This document shows, in pieces, positions 1 to 11,610 of a stretch of DNA of 64,000 nt. Under the pieces are notes generated by a model. That model saw only the letters and a program-made list of their open reading frames with translations. It did no database searches and had not been told where the DNA came from. A program made the position numbers and the translations under genes. Numbering within the stretch: position 1 is the first letter of the stretch; each line of letters starts with the position of its first letter. This DNA comes from Mustelus asterias (lineage: Eukaryota), in NCBI RefSeq assembly GCF_964213995.1, contig NW_027590123.1, positions 620,001-684,000 of the forward strand, given 5' to 3'.

Positions 1-295
1 TATAAGACTTGTTTCCGATGGTGATTAACTATGTCAGTCTGCATCGATAAACCCATTAAATTCTGCTGTGGACGGAACGTGTTCCGAATATGTGTACAAA
101 CAATACAACACTCATTTCCTGTCAATGCGTCCTAAAATACACCATTTCTGATTTCCCTGAAAGCATTTGAGTTGATGTGAGACCTGAGTTTCCGAAAAGC
201 TTTTGAGTTGATGTAACACCGAGATTCAAATAATGTTGAGCAATGAACTTCCATCATGCAGACTTCGCATACACTTAATGATAAGGTACCAACAG

Positions 296-364
296 CGTTT
301 ACTGCCCGGTTTCGAAACGGCCCCTTTCGTGAGACGGACGTGATAACCACAACACTACAGAAAC
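296..364 (-). pseudogene. tRNA-Val pseudogene
   Basis: Reverse complement GTTTCTGTAGTGTTGTGGTTATCACGTCCGTCTCAC...GTTTCGAAACCGGGCAGTAAAC matches vertebrate tRNA-Val, with a deletion near the anticodon arm. Confidence 0.8.
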
Positions 365-1392
365 AGCTGACAGCAGATTGCAGCTAATCGGCTTGTCTGC
401 AATTGTTACCTGCGGTGTGTTGCTGTAGGTTCCAATGGTTAGACTGAGAGCCCATGTCACTTAATTCAGGAAGATAACCGTTACTCTCAACCTGGTTTCT
501 CAACTTATCCTGAACTTCGAAATTTGAAAGCGTTCGCCTGGCAAACATCTAAGGGAGCAATGATTTCTGCTCATCCATTAATGCTTCATTCTCGTCTTCC
601 TTCGAACCATCTCAACCAATTATACTCAGCATTTGTTTTGTTATTCAATATTTAATTTCAATATATTATTGAACACATATGTCCTCATTATGAATTGAAT
701 ATCTCTGAAATTGAATGTCACTGAATTGCAAACGTAACTGACCAACAAAAGGAATCGAGTCACCGAGTAATACAGATCCCATGGTGCTTATTTGAGTTCG
801 ACCATAGTCAGCATTTAAGCAGTCAGCTATTATTAAATGGTAGAGATTGAAGAATTATCTGTTAGTTATACTTGAGCCTTTTTAATTCTGGGAGTGAAAC
901 ATTCAGGCGCATAAATTCCGGCCATCTAGCGGAAAGTCCAGTAGATCTGCACTGAATCTCGACTCCCTCATCTGTCTGACTGTTTTTTCCGATTTCTTTA
1001 TGAGGAACGGTTTGAAAAAAAAGATTCTTCTGGGAAATGTGCGCCATTCCCTCTGGTTCGCTTACAGTATCACTTGTGTCTGTCTTGTTGAGCACACACT
1101 ACTATTAGATCTGTTTCAGGTGGTGATTAACTATGTTATTCTCCACCTATAAATCCATTAAATTTGTTGTAGACTGAACCAGATGCTTCTATGTACACGT
1201 TGTCAAAATGGAAGCGTTTTTTTTTTCGTGTCGGTGCGTCAAAATATTTCAGCATTTCTTATTTTGCAGAAAGCATTTGAGGCCGAGGTCAGAGAAAAGG
1301 TAATATGGCTGTAACATCAAGATTCGGATAATGTTCGCAACCAACTTAAATCCTACAGAGTTCCCTCACGCTGCACGACAAAGCTTAATGAA

Positions 1393-1456
1393 CGCTTTTC
1401 GGACCGGGAACTTTGCGCGTGTTAGGCGTACGTGATAACCACTACACTACCGAAGC
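1393..1456 (-). pseudogene. tRNA-Val(AAC) pseudogene
   Basis: Revcomp GCTTCGGTAGTGTAGTGGTTATCACGTACGCCTAACACGCGCAAAGTTCCCGGTCCGAAAAGCG; T-arm and 3' end truncated. Confidence 0.8.
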
Positions 1457-1965
1457 AAGTGAGAGCATAGCTCCACCAATTGCCTTAACTACAATTTTCA
1501 ATTCCATTGTGTTGGTGCAGGTTCTGATGGTTCGGTTGAGAGTCCATGTCACTTAATACAAGAACACATCCGTTACTTTCAACCTGATAACTCAACTTAA
1601 CTTGTACTCCAAAATTAAAAAGCGTTTGTGTGGCAAATCTGTAAGGGAGCAAATATTTCTGCTCAATCATTAATGCATCATTCTCACCTTCGGTCGAATA
1701 CCTTCAACCAGTTATATCCAGCATTTGTTGTAATTCAACATTTAATATCAACACAATTCTTTAACACTTATGTCCTCATTTTGAATTGAATGCACCTAAC
1801 CTTCTGCCCTTCCATATGTTTTGCATGTCTATTTCCTCTCATCGTCTGTCTCCATTCTCTTACTCATAATCTTTTAAACTTCCTTGTTACAATCTATAGA
1901 TTATTGACATAAAACCTTGTTGTTCTCCGGATACCAAGTCAGAACTGCTCAAACTGAACATTTCT

Positions 1966-2360
1966 TGATTTGATTGATTATTGTCACATGTATGAGGATA
2001 AAGTTAAAGAGTATTGTTTCTTGTGTGCTACACAGACAATGAGTTCATAGAGTACATCGGGGAGATGGAAAGGAGAGGATGTGGAATATAGTGTCGTGGT
2101 TACAGATAGGGTGAAGGGAAAAATCAGCTTAATATGTTATACGTCCTGCCGGATGGCAGCAGGGAAGAAGCCGTTGTTCAGTCGTTTGGGACGTGGCCTC
2201 AGACTTTTGTATTTTTTTTCAGTGGAAGAGTTGGAAGAGAGAATGCCCGGAGAACTAGGATCCTGGATTAAGCTGGTTACTTTTCCAAGGCAGTGGGAAG
2301 TGTAGACGGAGGCAATGGATGGGAGGCTGGTTTGCGTGATGGACTGGTCTCCAACCACCT
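1966..2360 (-). mobile_element. Rex1/Babar-like LINE 3' fragment
   Basis: Translates ITQTSLPSIASVYTSHCLGK...RLNNGFFPAAIR; reverse complement of the LINE 3' end at ~44650-45046. Confidence 0.75.
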
Positions 2361-2569
2361 TGATAGTTATCCATAAACAGGAACTGTCACATCAAGTCAG
2401 CGATGTACATCTGACACCAGATCCACTGAAAGCACGTTGACTCTTAGCTTCCCTCCACGATGACCTAGCATGCCACTCAGATCAAAGTCAATTAACGATG
2501 GACTTCAAATACTAGTCTTGCCACCAATGTCCAAATGAAGAGTAACAAATAAGTTATCATTAGTTCGCA

Positions 2570-2913
2570 ACAATGAGATTTGAGTTACAGCACTCAGGAG
2601 GACAACAGATATTTATAACTGGGTAAGGATGCTGACTACTAATGGTCTAATGATGAAAGGCAGTGAACTGTGGTTCCGCTTCATTCTCTATAAGTCTGTA
2701 ACTCCGCAGATTCGGGAATCTTCTGCTGGAGCCGGAATGCAGATCCCCGGCCCACCACATTGCTGTTGTAACCAATACCGAATAGTGAACATCGGCGGCA
2801 ACCTCTCAAATAACACAGGGCCGGTAAGGCACATCAGAGACTGAGCAGTGAAATGAGGCTGCGGGTGTCACTGCCACTGGTAATAGCTCCACGAGGTTGT
2901 TTCAATAATATCC
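2570..2913 (+). pseudogene. Possible very degraded V-segment relic
   Basis: Donor-like GGTAAGG ~2622, acceptor CCGCAG ~2709, GAGGCTGCGGGTGTCACTGC (DxAxYYC-like), then CACTGGT-23bp-ATAATATCC RSS-like; little recognisable framework. Confidence 0.3.
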
Positions 2914-2943
2914 GTTTGGGAACTGCGGGAAACATGTGACCAC

Positions 2944-2958
2944 AGCGCCCTCTGACGG
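2944..2958 (-). promoter_or_regulatory. CTCF-like motif
   Basis: Minus strand CCGTCAGAGGGCGCT, close to the CTCF core consensus. Confidence 0.55.
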
Positions 2959-4159
2959 TGAGTCAGGGAACTGTACACTGTTCTGATCACCAATAAAGTG
3001 CAAGATCATCAATGGGGCATTTCCAGTGGTCTTCTTTTGAGAAATGTGTTTCAAACAATTCAGCACTGCAAATAGACGAATTTGAATGCGAGTCAGTCGG
3101 CAGGAAATGCATTTCCCTTTATTTATGAACCTATTTACATCTTGTTCGTATCTTTTTTATTTTGCATTTTGGAATCTTTATTTCTCGCTTTCTTGCATTT
3201 CTCCTTCCTCACATTTCTAATTTTCTGTCTGCTGCACAAATTCGTAAAGATATTTTTAGTATAGTGATTTGCAGGAGTTTCGCAGCAAGCGAATCTAAAG
3301 GAATGGCGATATATTTCCACGTCGGCATGATGTGTGACCTGGAGGTGAACTTGCAGATGATGTTATCGCAATGTGTCTGCTGCCCCTGTCCTTCGAAATA
3401 TTATAGATTTCGGGATCGGAAGGTGTTGTGAAAGGAGGCTTGCCCAGTTTTTTAAAATCAAATAGATTTAAATGCAGACATCAAGTTCCAGGGCAAGCCT
3501 GTGGCCCTGCTGGTTAATTATTAAGCTACTCTGAACATTGTTATTTTTATAATAAATAGCCTACAAATATTTCTAATTACCAAATCACTCATGATCACTG
3601 AGTCCGTGGGCTGAACACACATCCCCATTCTGCTTAAATCCATCAAATAGGCAATGCGCTTTCCCCCACCATTTAGTTCATTTACAATGTGTTGTTTATC
3701 TATTTCTGATACTGGTCTCTTCCAATCCCTGAGAACCCAATGGCCGCCGCTATCGACTGCAGGGAATTCTCACCGTTTTTGAGTAGCGATTTAAATTAGA
3801 GCACCCAGAAGAGGTACTGGAAAACCAAAAGCTGTTGCACTTCTCTACCCACGCCCGAGAGATTGGAAATGTTATACGGTCATCATTCAGTTTGATTGCA
3901 TTCCAATTCGCTGCAGTGAGATGAACAAATTCACTTTGTTCCTTTCGCCCTGCGCCAGTAGGATTCATTGGAGATAAAGGAGCTGCGAGATCATTGACTG
4001 ACTTGGAGAACAAAGGAGTTTGAAGCCGATTGGATGTCATCTGATGACGTTGCCGGCAATGCACCAATCAACAGGAACTCAACTTCTTTCTAACTCTTGA
4101 ATAAAACAATTTCAGCTTCAACCCGTTCTGGTGAAATCCGCCGCGCGCTCTCTGCAGAC

Positions 4160-5097
4160 ACATCTCCGGTTACTCTGTACTTATTCCTCAAAGCGGCAGC
4201 TCTTTAAACATGTAAGTTTACGAGTTGCTCAACTTTATTTCGTATCTTTACCTCACACTATATTCTTTCGAGCTCAGTACAACGGGTTGGGTGTTCGGGT
4301 GATGGATTCATCAAACTTCGAAAAGTCATTCGAGTCTCGCTGGTCTCAACACTGAACACTGCTTTGTCAGTAGGCACATTTCCCCCAGGGACTGAGAGAG
4401 AATTAGTTGGGCTGAGATTCCAGCTCCTTTGGTACCAGTGAATGACTTCAATCACCAGACTTTCAAACACACAGATCCTGATTAGCTTCCAGTTCCAGTT
4501 CCACGGACTGGAGGCAAGGAACTGATTTCGTTTGAAAGTGCGGAATATTTACACTGGAAGTTTTATTTAATCGCTCCAGACACCTCCCCGTTCCAGCCAC
4601 TGAAAGATATATATATATATACATATATATATTAGAAATATATATTATTATATGTAGTATATAATAATATGTCATAAACAATGTTGCATATAATTAACTA
4701 TAATTTGCTATCAGAAGTATCGATATTATATGTAGAGTCGAGATTCCAGAAACTCACACATTTACAAACAAATTTATGTCAATTCGGTTTATGTTGCATT
4801 CTTTTACCTTCATAGGCAGACTGTGTGCAGATCCAGTAACTCAGTCACCGGTGGCAATAATCGTATCAGAAGGGGATTCGGTGCAAATATACAGACAAGG
4901 ATATGGAATAAATGCAGTGATATCAGCAGAAAACAGTACAACCACCAATGTGGATTATTACTAAAGTATTAGCACTGAAGGATGATAAAGCATCAGGACA
5001 ATATCTAGCGGCTGCTGACAAGTCTAATCAGAATGGTTCCCTCATTATAAGCGCCCTCCGTGTGGAGGACGGGGCAGTCTATGACTGAGCAGTGAGG
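4160..5097 (+). pseudogene. TCR alpha/delta-type V pseudogene
   Basis: Leader relic 4160-4211 (no ATG, internal stop, GTAAGT donor); V exon from 4816 RLCADPVTQSPVAIIVSEGDSV..., first Cys/WYRQ region lost, ending GSLIISALRVEDGAVYD*AVR (second Cys codon is TGA). Confidence 0.85.
4607..4680. repeat. (TA)n microsatellite / AT-rich tract in the V intron
   Basis: Visible TATATA run decaying into AT-rich sequence. Confidence 0.9.
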
Positions 5098-5136
5098 CAC
5101 AGCGTTAGATTACAACTAAATCCCCGCACAAAAACC
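5098..5136 (+). other. 23-bp-spacer recombination signal sequence (RSS)
   Basis: CACAGCG + 23 nt + ACAAAAACC. Confidence 0.92.
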
Positions 5137-6570
5137 TCAGCCGGCATTTACAACCCCACTAAATTTGCTTTCCTGCCCTTGTCTCCGGGAATGCTTTGAT
5201 CCTGGGTTCACGAAAGAAATCATGTCGATTTATTGCGGTTATAGTGTTATCTCTGCCCTTGTCTAGGTCACCAAAGGAGCAGATTGTGAAATCATGAGAC
5301 CTATCTCCAAGACACAATGCAAACAGTAAACCTGCAATATCCACTTCAGAGCAGCGATAATGAAAGCTCTCAGATGTAGAGAACATGTAGCCAAAAATTA
5401 CTGTTTTATGTTCTTCCAGAGCCGTTAATTGAGATGGGCCGAAGGCCATTCAGTCTGCGCCAGCAATTCCTGGAACCAAACATTAAATGTGTCAAAGTTT
5501 GCTGTAGTTATGAATACTTGGAATGCTCAATAATAATTTCAACACAGACTCACCTCGTTAAAAAGACTGTATTATCTGATAGGACCACGCACTACTTCCT
5601 GAATCAGTCGCTAATTGGGCTTGGAGGGCCGAAGGGCCTGTTCCTGTGCTGTATTGTTCTTTGTTCTTTGTTCTTTGTTCTAATCAGTCATGCTAAACTC
5701 TCCCTCAGTGTACCCGAAAAGTCGCCGGAGTGTGGCGACTAGGGGATTTTCATAGTAACTTCATTGCAGTGTTAATATAAGCCTACTTGCTACACTAATA
5801 AATAGACTTAAACACTGAACTTCTGATCTAACCAATGACAGGAATCGCCAGCGGCAGCAATGTCTCGAAAAGCACAATGGTGTTAGAGTGAGCGCAGCAA
5901 ACGGAAGCTGTGACCGGGGTCACCGCAGACTCAAAGCTGATGGAAGTGCGGAGTTCTCAGCGGCAGTCGCAGGTGACGGAGTGGAAACAGCGACAGTTGA
6001 ACCTGCAGCAGTCTGTGACAACCTGCATCTGCTTACTGCTCAAGTGACTGAGAAAAAATAGTGTCGGACGGGCGCGAATGGATCAGAAACAATTGTCTCT
6101 CCCTGTGGCTGCATGAAAGGTCTTTCCCAATTGCTCTTTTCACCCCGCATTCCACGTGTTGTTTTCCGTTCTGAAGGTCTGGCAATGCCTTTTTGAAATT
6201 TACTATTGAATGTTCTTCCCTTATAGTTTGCGGCGCTCTACTCCAGACGGTAACAAATATCAATGAAATGAATAACATTTATCGAGACATCCTGTCCATT
6301 TTTCTGTGAAAGTGGGATCAATGTTCGTTTATTTATCAAACAGTTGCATTGCTGCCTTTGTTCCTTCCAATCAACAGCGAACCGGTCTGAGAGATCTTGG
6401 GAGGTATTTCAATGTCTGGGCCTCCACGCTTCATTAAATATCCCGTAACTTACCCGGAATAATGCTCTGTCTAGATAGGTACAGAAAGCTTTCAGATATG
6501 GAGTGGCTATCCCTTAAAATCACTGACTGCCCTTCCCGAGCCTTCACCGCCGATTGATTCTGGGAGACTC

Positions 6571-6607
6571 GGCTGCAGGGCCGAGTGTGTCACTCGGCCC
6601 TGCAGCC
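6571..6607. repeat. Perfect inverted repeat (17-bp arms, 3-nt loop)
   Basis: GGCTGCAGGGCCGAGTG-TGT-CACTCGGCCCTGCAGCC. Confidence 0.95.
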
Positions 6608-6919
6608 AACTCAGAATGTGTCACAGACTGGAATGGGATTTATCACAGGAAATAGACAAAGATCCTTCGAAGTTTGATTCACCGAATAGCACGATGATTT
6701 CAATCTGGAAGCACCATGGAACACCTACTCCCTGGATGCCATTTCCACGGAAAATAATCGAATTTAAATGTATTTTGTGCTTTCTCTTTTGATGTTAAAG
6801 AGTAACCCCAAATCAGGAACAGGTCTGACTGATCGGGTGACTGGTGCGTAGCCAAGGGAGAGAGTGATTAAAGTCGTTGCTCTCTACACAGGCTATACAC
6901 GTTCCGGGTGATCGTGGCA

Positions 6920-6958
6920 GGTTTTTGTACGGCCCTGTACGGTCTTTGCTACATTGTG
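6920..6958 (-). other. 23-RSS
   Basis: Minus strand CACAATG + 23 nt + ACAAAAACC. Confidence 0.92.
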
Positions 6959-7443
6959 CCTCCATCGCACAAAAATAGGTAGCGGTGTCTGTCAGTCGAG
7001 TTTCACTAACATTCAGAACGCTGCGTTTCTCTGAGAAACTGTATCGAGCCGTGATCCTGCCCTGATCGCTGGTACCGCTCACCAGGTGCTGCACGGTTCT
7101 GTCTGGACTTTGTCTGTACCATTGCAGGTCCTGTTCAGCTATTTCAACGACGCAGTGGCTCCCTCGGTAACAATCACTGACTCCGGAGACTGTGATAGCT
7201 CTTCACTGCCAGCAGCACCTGCAATTGTACATTTGCAGTAATAATATATCGTACTATAATGTAGCACAATAAAGTACAATTGCATTCACAATTCGAGATA
7301 ATAAAATAAAGCTGAGTACAATTTAACAGAACATAACATTGCTGAGGTGTGAAATATTCCTGTCAGAAATAGTGACCACACTTACATTGAGGGAACAGTA
7401 AGAAATCCAGGAAAACAATCACCAACGTGAAGCTCAGAAACAT
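6959..7443 (-). pseudogene. TCR alpha-type V pseudogene
   Basis: Intact leader 7443-7386 (MFLSFTLVIVFLDFLLFPQ, GTAAGT donor); V exon 7218-6959 AAGSEELSQSPESVIVTEGATASLK* then frameshift (first Cys deleted), LQWYRQSPDR...SVLNVSETRLTDTATYFCAME. Confidence 0.9.
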
Positions 7444-7659
7444 GTTGGATTCTATCGACTTGTGTGAAACAGCTGTCAGCAGATCCCAGGCTGAGATCAG
7501 CTCCTGGGAAAGCAATGCTATTGGCTATCAAACCGAGCCCCAAACCAGTCATACAGTGGCGGTGAGAGCCGGGTCGCGGGAATTTGAGATCACAAAGTGA
7601 ATCAGTGAGGGAGCTTCAGCATTGATAGTGTGGGGGAGGAGAGTGCGCATGCGACAGAA

Positions 7660-8124
7660 CATCGGGTATTGTGAAGTCAGGACATCCGGCATTCTGACGT
7701 CAGAGCATCCGGCATTGAACGTCACAGAATCATAGAACCCCGACAGGGCAGAAGGAGACGATTCGGCCCATTCAACCTACACCGACCACAGCCCCACTCA
7801 AGCCCTCTCCCCGTAACTACACATATTTATCCCGCTAATCCCCCTGGCACTAGGGCCAATCAACCTAATCTGCACATCCTTGGAGTGTGGGAGGTAACCA
7901 GAGCACACGGAGGAAACACACGCAGACATGGGGAGAATGTGTAAACTCCACACAGACAGTGAGCCAAGGCTGGAATTGAATCCGGGTCCCTGGCGCTATG
8001 AGGCAGCAGTGCTCACCACTGTACACCCAACGTCAGAGCATCGTGTATTGTGACGTCAGAAAGCGGGCATATGTGACGTCACACTGCAGGCATGTGGCGT
8101 CACTGTGAAGTCCGAGTGACGTCA
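7660..8124. promoter_or_regulatory. Tandem ~22-bp repeat with CRE (TGACGTCA) cores upstream of the V leader, split by a SINE
   Basis: Perfect TGACGTCA at 7695, 8051, 8074 and 8117, plus variants TGAAGTCA, AACGTCA, TGGCGTCA. Confidence 0.7.
7725..8028 (-). mobile_element. tRNA-derived elasmobranch SINE (HE1-like)
   Basis: Minus-strand head CAGTGGTGAGCACTGCTGCCTCATAGCGCCAGGGACCCGG; flanked by direct repeat AACGTCA (7718-7724 / 8029-8035), a likely target-site duplication (TSD). Confidence 0.8.
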
Positions 8125-8225
8125 GTGGGTCGTGTCTGATGTTCAGAAACATCTTTCCCGGAGCTGATCGGAACATCCAGCCCTGAGTTCATGGGAATTA
8201 ACAGCTGATCAGAAACAACTCTCAA

Positions 8226-8990
8226 GAACATAGAATATAGAACAGTACAGCACAGAACAGGCCCTTCGGCCCACGATGTTGTGCCGAGCTTTGTCTGAAA
8301 CCCTGATCAAGCTATTTCCTCCCTATCATCCCGATGTACTCCATGTGCCGATCCAATAGCTTCTTAAATGTTCCTAAAGTTTCTGACTCCACTATCCCTG
8401 CAGGCAGTCCATTCCACACCCCAACCACTCTCTGAGTAAAAAACCTACCTCGGACATCCTTCCGATATCTCCCACATTGAACCCTATAATTATGCCCCCT
8501 AGTTACCGCTCCATTCACCCGGGGAAATCGTCTTTGAACGTTCACTCTATCTATCCCCCTCATCATCTTGTAAACCTCGATCAAGTCTCCTCTCAACCTC
8601 CTCCGCTCCAAAGAGAAAAGCCCAAGTTCCCTCACCCTTTCCTCATAAGACCTACCCTCCAAACCAGGCAGCATCCAGGTAAATCTCCTTTGCACTCTTT
8701 CCAGTGTCTCCACATCCTTCTTGTAGTGAGGTGACCAGAACTGCACACAATATTCCAAATGTGGTCTCACCAAGGTCCTGTACAGTTGCAGCATAACCCC
8801 ACGGCTCTTAAACTCAAACCCCGTGTTAATGAACGCCAACACACTATAGACCTTCTTCACGGCTCTATCTACTTGAGTGGCAACCTTCAGAGATCTATGG
8901 ATATGAACCCCAACATCTCTCTGTTCCTCCACATTCTTCAGAACCCTACCTTTGACCCTGTAAGCCACATTTAAATTTGTCCTACCAAAA
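8226..8990 (-). mobile_element. CR1-type LINE, 5'-truncated
   Basis: ORF2 C-terminus (LVRPHLEYCVQFWSPH, RRRLRGDLIEVYK) and (TTCTATG)n-like tail. Confidence 0.95.
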
Positions 8991-9076
8991 GGTCTCCCGG
9001 ACCTTATCTGAATATCCAGCTCTGAGGTTATGGAATTGACATCTGATCAGAAGCAGGGAGATGACTAGCTCAATGT

Positions 9077-9136
9077 GGGCCAGTGGCGCAACTGATAACG
9101 CGTCTGACTATAATCAGAAGATTGCAGGCTGGCTCG
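9077..9136 (+). pseudogene. tRNA-Arg(ACG)-derived pseudogene
   Basis: GGGCCAGTGGCGCAA..GATAACGCGTCTGACTA..ATCAGAAGATT.CAGG...CTGGCTCG; T-arm deleted and anticodon mutated. Confidence 0.8.
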
Positions 9137-9178
9137 ATGTAAACTTAATGGCAGTTCGCAAACTCTCTCTTTTTAACA

Positions 9179-9245
9179 GTTTCTGTAGTGGTCATCACAT
9201 TCGCATCACACGCTAAACGTCCCTGTTTCGGACCGGGCAGAAACA
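9179..9245 (+). pseudogene. tRNA-Val(CAC) pseudogene
   Basis: GTTTCTGTAGTGGTCATCACATTCGCATCACACGC...TTCGGACCGGGCAGAAACA. Confidence 0.8.
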
Positions 9246-9301
9246 TTATTAAAACTTTCTCAGTTCGGTTGAGGGAAGCCTGCATGATTTTATTTATTCA
9301 T

Positions 9302-9615
9302 GGCCGCATGATTGCACAGTGGTTAGCACTGCTGCCTCACAGCGCCAGGACCCGGGTTCAATTCCGGCGCTGGCTCACTGTTTGTGTGGAGTTTACACGT
9401 TCTCCCCGTGTCTGCGTGGTTTTCCTCTGGGTGCTCCGCTTTCCTCCCACAGTCCAACGATGTGCGAGTTAGGTGGATTGGCCATGACAAGCTGCCCGTA
9501 GCGTCAGGAGGGCAGCTAGGGTAAATGAATGGAGTTCCGGGGATAGGGTGGGATTGGTGTCGGTGCAGAATCGATGGGCCGAATGGTCTCCTTCTGCACG
9601 GTAGGGATTCTATGT
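9302..9615 (+). mobile_element. tRNA-derived elasmobranch SINE (HE1-like)
   Basis: GCACAGTGGTTAGCACTGCTGCCTCACAGCGCCAGGACCCGGGTTCAATTCC head with A/B boxes; GATGGGCCGAATGG tail. Confidence 0.85.
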
Positions 9616-11352
9616 TTTCTATCTGTTGGCTGATTTGATGATGGAACTGGCGGCCTGATCATATTCTGCTGCCTGTTCTCTCAGCCACTGCTGTAAATAG
9701 GTGCGTGGCAGTTTGATACAATGCTAATTTGGTTTCTCTCGGTGTATGTTTGAGCGGCTGACAGCGCCGGTCCTCATTGTGGCTGCAACTGTCCACGAGT
9801 CTAACCGCTGCAATCTTCTCGGGTTTTTGGCTAAGACTAAGCGTCACATAAAGCCCAAGTTCACGTGCAATACCTTATCTTGTCAGCTTGGATCTTGCTC
9901 ATATCTCTTGTGGGGATCGTCAATTGGATTGAATTTGAATTTGAATTGATGTAGGGGCAAGTGTGGAGATTGATTCTTGATTGGCTTCTCCGCTCTGCGC
10001 ATTGGCTTTGTAACTTTAAGAAATGAATCACAAAATTGAAAAGCCAGCAGACAGGAGCTCCCGGAGATAATGCAGAGTGCATGGATGGGGCTGCTTTCCG
10101 TCCAAAGATGTGCGGGTTAGGTTGATTAGCCATGCTAAATTGACTTCTGTGTCAGGGGGATTAGCAGGGAAAATGTGTGGGGTGACGGGAATAGGGCCTG
10201 CGTGAGATTGTGGCAGGTGCAGACTCGATGGGCCGAATGCCCCCTTCTGACCTGTAAGGATTATTTTTCTATGATTCTATGATTCATCACGAACTCCGTA
10301 CGTGAGCCCTTCTTCTGATCAACTCTGCAGAGTCCAATTTCTCCACATTGAAATTGAGAGAGGTTTGGATGCCTGAATGGTGCTGTTGCTATTGTTTGTT
10401 TCACCGCTTGTCTGCAGACATGAGTAAAACTTCCTGTGAGTGCAGTTTATCGGGATTAGACAATGCCAGAATAAAACCAAATCACTCCATGTAGTATCAT
10501 AGGTGAAACTTTAAAAAAACACTTCTCCTTCTGTCGTATCATTTGAGGACAGTAATTAAGGGACAGAATTTCCATGACTCTGATCTGAAATGTATATTAG
10601 AATCTGAACTAATCATATTGGAGTGCTTTTAAACTCTCCAACATTATTTGGGAAAGAGATTAAATGTGTATATTTCACAATTATCTGCCCGAAATCCCCC
10701 CTGCCCGCCCCCAAACAACCAGCTGCTGCCTTACACATTGTCGCTGGCCGCTCTGTAGAAGGGTAAGCTGACGCAAGAAAACTCTCGTTCCAATCCACAC
10801 TCTTATTAATCTGCTATAATGTGATCGGATCCTCGCACCTCACTTTCGTGTGTCCCCTGTCATGTTTTTAGCCCTGTGGATGGATACGTGGTTTTCAGTG
10901 AACAGAAACATCCTAAACTGGGTTATATTCAGTGCGCTTATTAGGAATATCGCTATATTGTTAGGGACAGGGGTGGGATTAAAGTCGCTGGTCCGGTTAT
11001 TATAAAGTTGCGAATTATGTCAAAAAACATTGAAAATGAGAATGGACATTGATTGTACCATGCTCCCAGGGATTGTTTAAATGGTTCTGTGTCAAGCTTG
11101 TGAAATGCACATGTTATATAACTGATCCCTTAGCGAGCACAATACTCCGATCAAATAGACCCTTTGATCAAACCGACCACAAAACGAAGAGTGAAGATGG
11201 TAAATAATTCACATATCCAAGGAAATATTAGCAAAAGGGTAAGTGTGAGTTAACTAACAATAAATGGATTTTTAGCATAGTTGCAAGTTAAAACCAACTG
11301 CGGCTCAGCTTTTCATGTTGAGCGTTGTGTTTTGTTTTGTTATTCTGTTTAT

Positions 11353-11610
11353 GATCCGGTGACACTCACTGTTGAGACTGCATTGTTTCTGTGGATAGTC
11401 CTGTGTTAGTCCTGTGGATAGACGGGACTGAATTGTTTCTGATTTTGTCTGTTTGCACTGTTTGAGAGCAGATTTCCACTCCATCTGACGAAGGAGCAGT
11501 GCTCCGAAAGCTTATGGTATTTGCTACCAAATAAACCTGTTGGACTTTAACCTGGTGTTGTGAGACTTCTTACTGTGTTCACCCCAGTCCAACGCCGGCA
11601 TCTCCACATC
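11353..11610 (+). mobile_element. Penelope-like element terminal (pLTR) fragment
   Basis: Contains a hammerhead core followed by AATAAACCTGTTGGACTTTAACCTGGTGTTGTGAGAC; second copy at ~33735-33850 (-); possible flanking repeat TTCTGTTTAT. Family assignment is from recall. Confidence 0.6.
11481..11517 (+). ncRNA. Minimal type I hammerhead ribozyme motif
   Basis: CCAT-CTGACGA-A-GGAGC-AGT-GCTCC-GAAA-GC-TT-ATGG: stem I CCAT/ATGG, core CUGAnGA, stem II GGAGC/GCUCC, GAAA, palindromic AGCU in place of stem III. Confidence 0.65.

Larger units (their letters stand above)
1..1790. repeat. Diverged tandem duplication (~1.1 kb period), each unit carrying a tRNA-Val pseudogene
   Basis: 1-700 aligns by eye to ~1101-1790 (e.g. 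GGTGATTAACTATGT, CCATGTCACTTAAT, TATGTCCTCATT.TGAATTGAAT). Confidence 0.8.

Noticed and set aside
9302-9370. SINE heads as tRNA genes (also 50100, 37171, 8020)
   Set aside because: A/B boxes continue into SINE body and tail and do not form a cloverleaf
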